Origin: an uncultured Gemmatimonadales bacterium
Lineage (GTDB): Bacteria > Gemmatimonadota > Gemmatimonadetes > Longimicrobiales > RSA9
Direction of reading: 5' to 3'
Assembly: GCA_963816355.1 (NCBI GenBank)
Contig: CAWFKH010000006.1
Location: 256,001-320,000 of the forward strand
DNA length: 64,000 nucleotides
Shown: piece by piece, positions 63,222-64,000 of the stretch
How the letters are laid out: every line of letters begins with the position of its first letter
How positions within the stretch are numbered: the stretch's first letter is position 1
Notes under the pieces: generated by a model
Told to the model about the DNA's origin: nothing
What the model saw: the letters and a program-made list of their open reading frames with translations, nothing else
Database searches by the model: none
Made by a program: the position numbers and the translations under genes

Positions 63222-63929
63222 CTATGTCCAAGCCCGAACGCAGGCCTCCGCGAAGCCGAAGATGGCGCGCCCGGTGAGGCGGATCACGGGCGCTTCTTCA
63301 GCCGACGCCGCGGCGGCGGGCGGACGTGCGCCGCCGGCGCCGCTCGCGGCGTCGCGCGCCGTTTCTCGCGCGGCGTCGCGCGCCGTTTCTCGCGCGGCGT
63401 CGCCCTTCAACGTGAAGAAGCCGAGGAAGGTGCCGCCATCGCTCTCGACGCGAACGCCCGCCGGCAGCACGATCCTGACGAAGCCGAAGAGGGCGCGGGC
63501 GTCGATCTCCGTGACGCCCGGCGCGAGCGCGGCGCGGGTGAGGTCGAGCTCGACGTAGCCGAGCCGGGCACGCAGCTCCAGCCGCCTCGGCACCGGCCCG
63601 TCCGGGCGGCGCTGCCGTCGGGAAAGGAAGGCCGTGACGCGCTGGGGCCCGGCGCGGGCCCCGACCGCGGAAGGGCCCATCGTGGCGAGCGCGTCCGCGG
63701 CGATCGGCACGGGCGGAGGGAGGTCGTCGAGGACCGCCCCCAGCTCCGCCATCGTGCGGGCGGCGTACGCCACGTCGAGCCGCTCCTCCAGCTCCACGTC
63801 GGTCAGCCGGTCCTCGGCGTAGAGGCGGGTGAGCGCGTCGACCGCGCGCTGGCGGTCGTCCGGTGCCGGAGCCGAGGCGACGTCATCCCCCTCGCGTGCC
63901 TCGCCCGGCGGATCGGTGTCGTCGGTCAC
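63222..63929 (-). CDS. DUF1707 (SHOCT-like) domain protein with LiaF-like C-terminus
   Basis: DDRQRAVDAL..YAEDRLT..ELEERLD..ART.AEL..DLP; GYVELDLT. Confidence 0.8.
   Translation of the reverse strand: MTDDTDPPGEAREGDDVASAPAPDDRQRAVDALTRLYAEDRLTDVELEERLDVAYAARTMAELGAVLDDLPPPVPIAADALATMGPSAVGARAGPQRVTAFLSRRQRRPDGPVPRRLELRARLGYVELDLTRAALAPGVTEIDARALFGFVRIVLPAGVRVESDGGTFLGFFTLKGDAARETARDAARETARDAASGAGGARPPAAAASAEEAPVIRLTGRAIFGFAEACVRAWT
63345..63403. repeat. 24-bp in-frame tandem repeat encoding RETARDAA
   Basis: cgcggcgtcgcgcgccgtttctcg, ~2.5 copies. Confidence 0.85.
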
Positions 63930-64000
63930 GCCCGAATCCTACCGGCCTTCCCGCCCGCGCGCCAACCACGCCGCATGAGTGGCCCGCGGACCATGCCAGG

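Overview
High-GC bacterial DNA. The gene content (three orphan duplicated ABC permeases, DUF1707 protein) suggests Gemmatimonadota or Acidobacteriota, but this is inference only. Bases 1-27.4 kb are host-like: PLD-family 3' end, VOC protein, gamma-glutamyltransferase, TerB-like protein, three FtsX/MacB-type permeases, ankyrin protein, an S41 peptidase remnant, Hsp20 and a potassium-uptake cluster (kdpFABC, two complementary KdpD-like sensors, kdpE, kup). Bases 28955-63162 are a ~34 kb genomic island integrated into tRNA-Pro(GGG) and bounded by a perfect 45-bp direct repeat. The island carries a ubiquitination-like operon (Ubl, Cys-less E2, JAB, E1) behind an HTH plus ImmA/IrrE peptidase pair. 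It also carries a 1155-aa tyrosine recombinase with four N-terminal ~84-aa repeats followed by xseAB, a type III R-M system, a HigB/HigA-peptidase/AbiJ-like cluster, ParA plus two ParB proteins, a degenerate ClpX-like protein and an intact IS21-family element. At the tRNA end are an excisionase-like gene and an integrase. The integrase is broken by a precise 61-bp insertion (29-bp duplicated CRISPR-repeat-like sequence plus 32-bp spacer) that resembles ectopic type I-E spacer acquisition. Several other frameshifts fall in short homopolymers and are probably sequencing errors. All family assignments come from motif recognition by eye; no searches were run.
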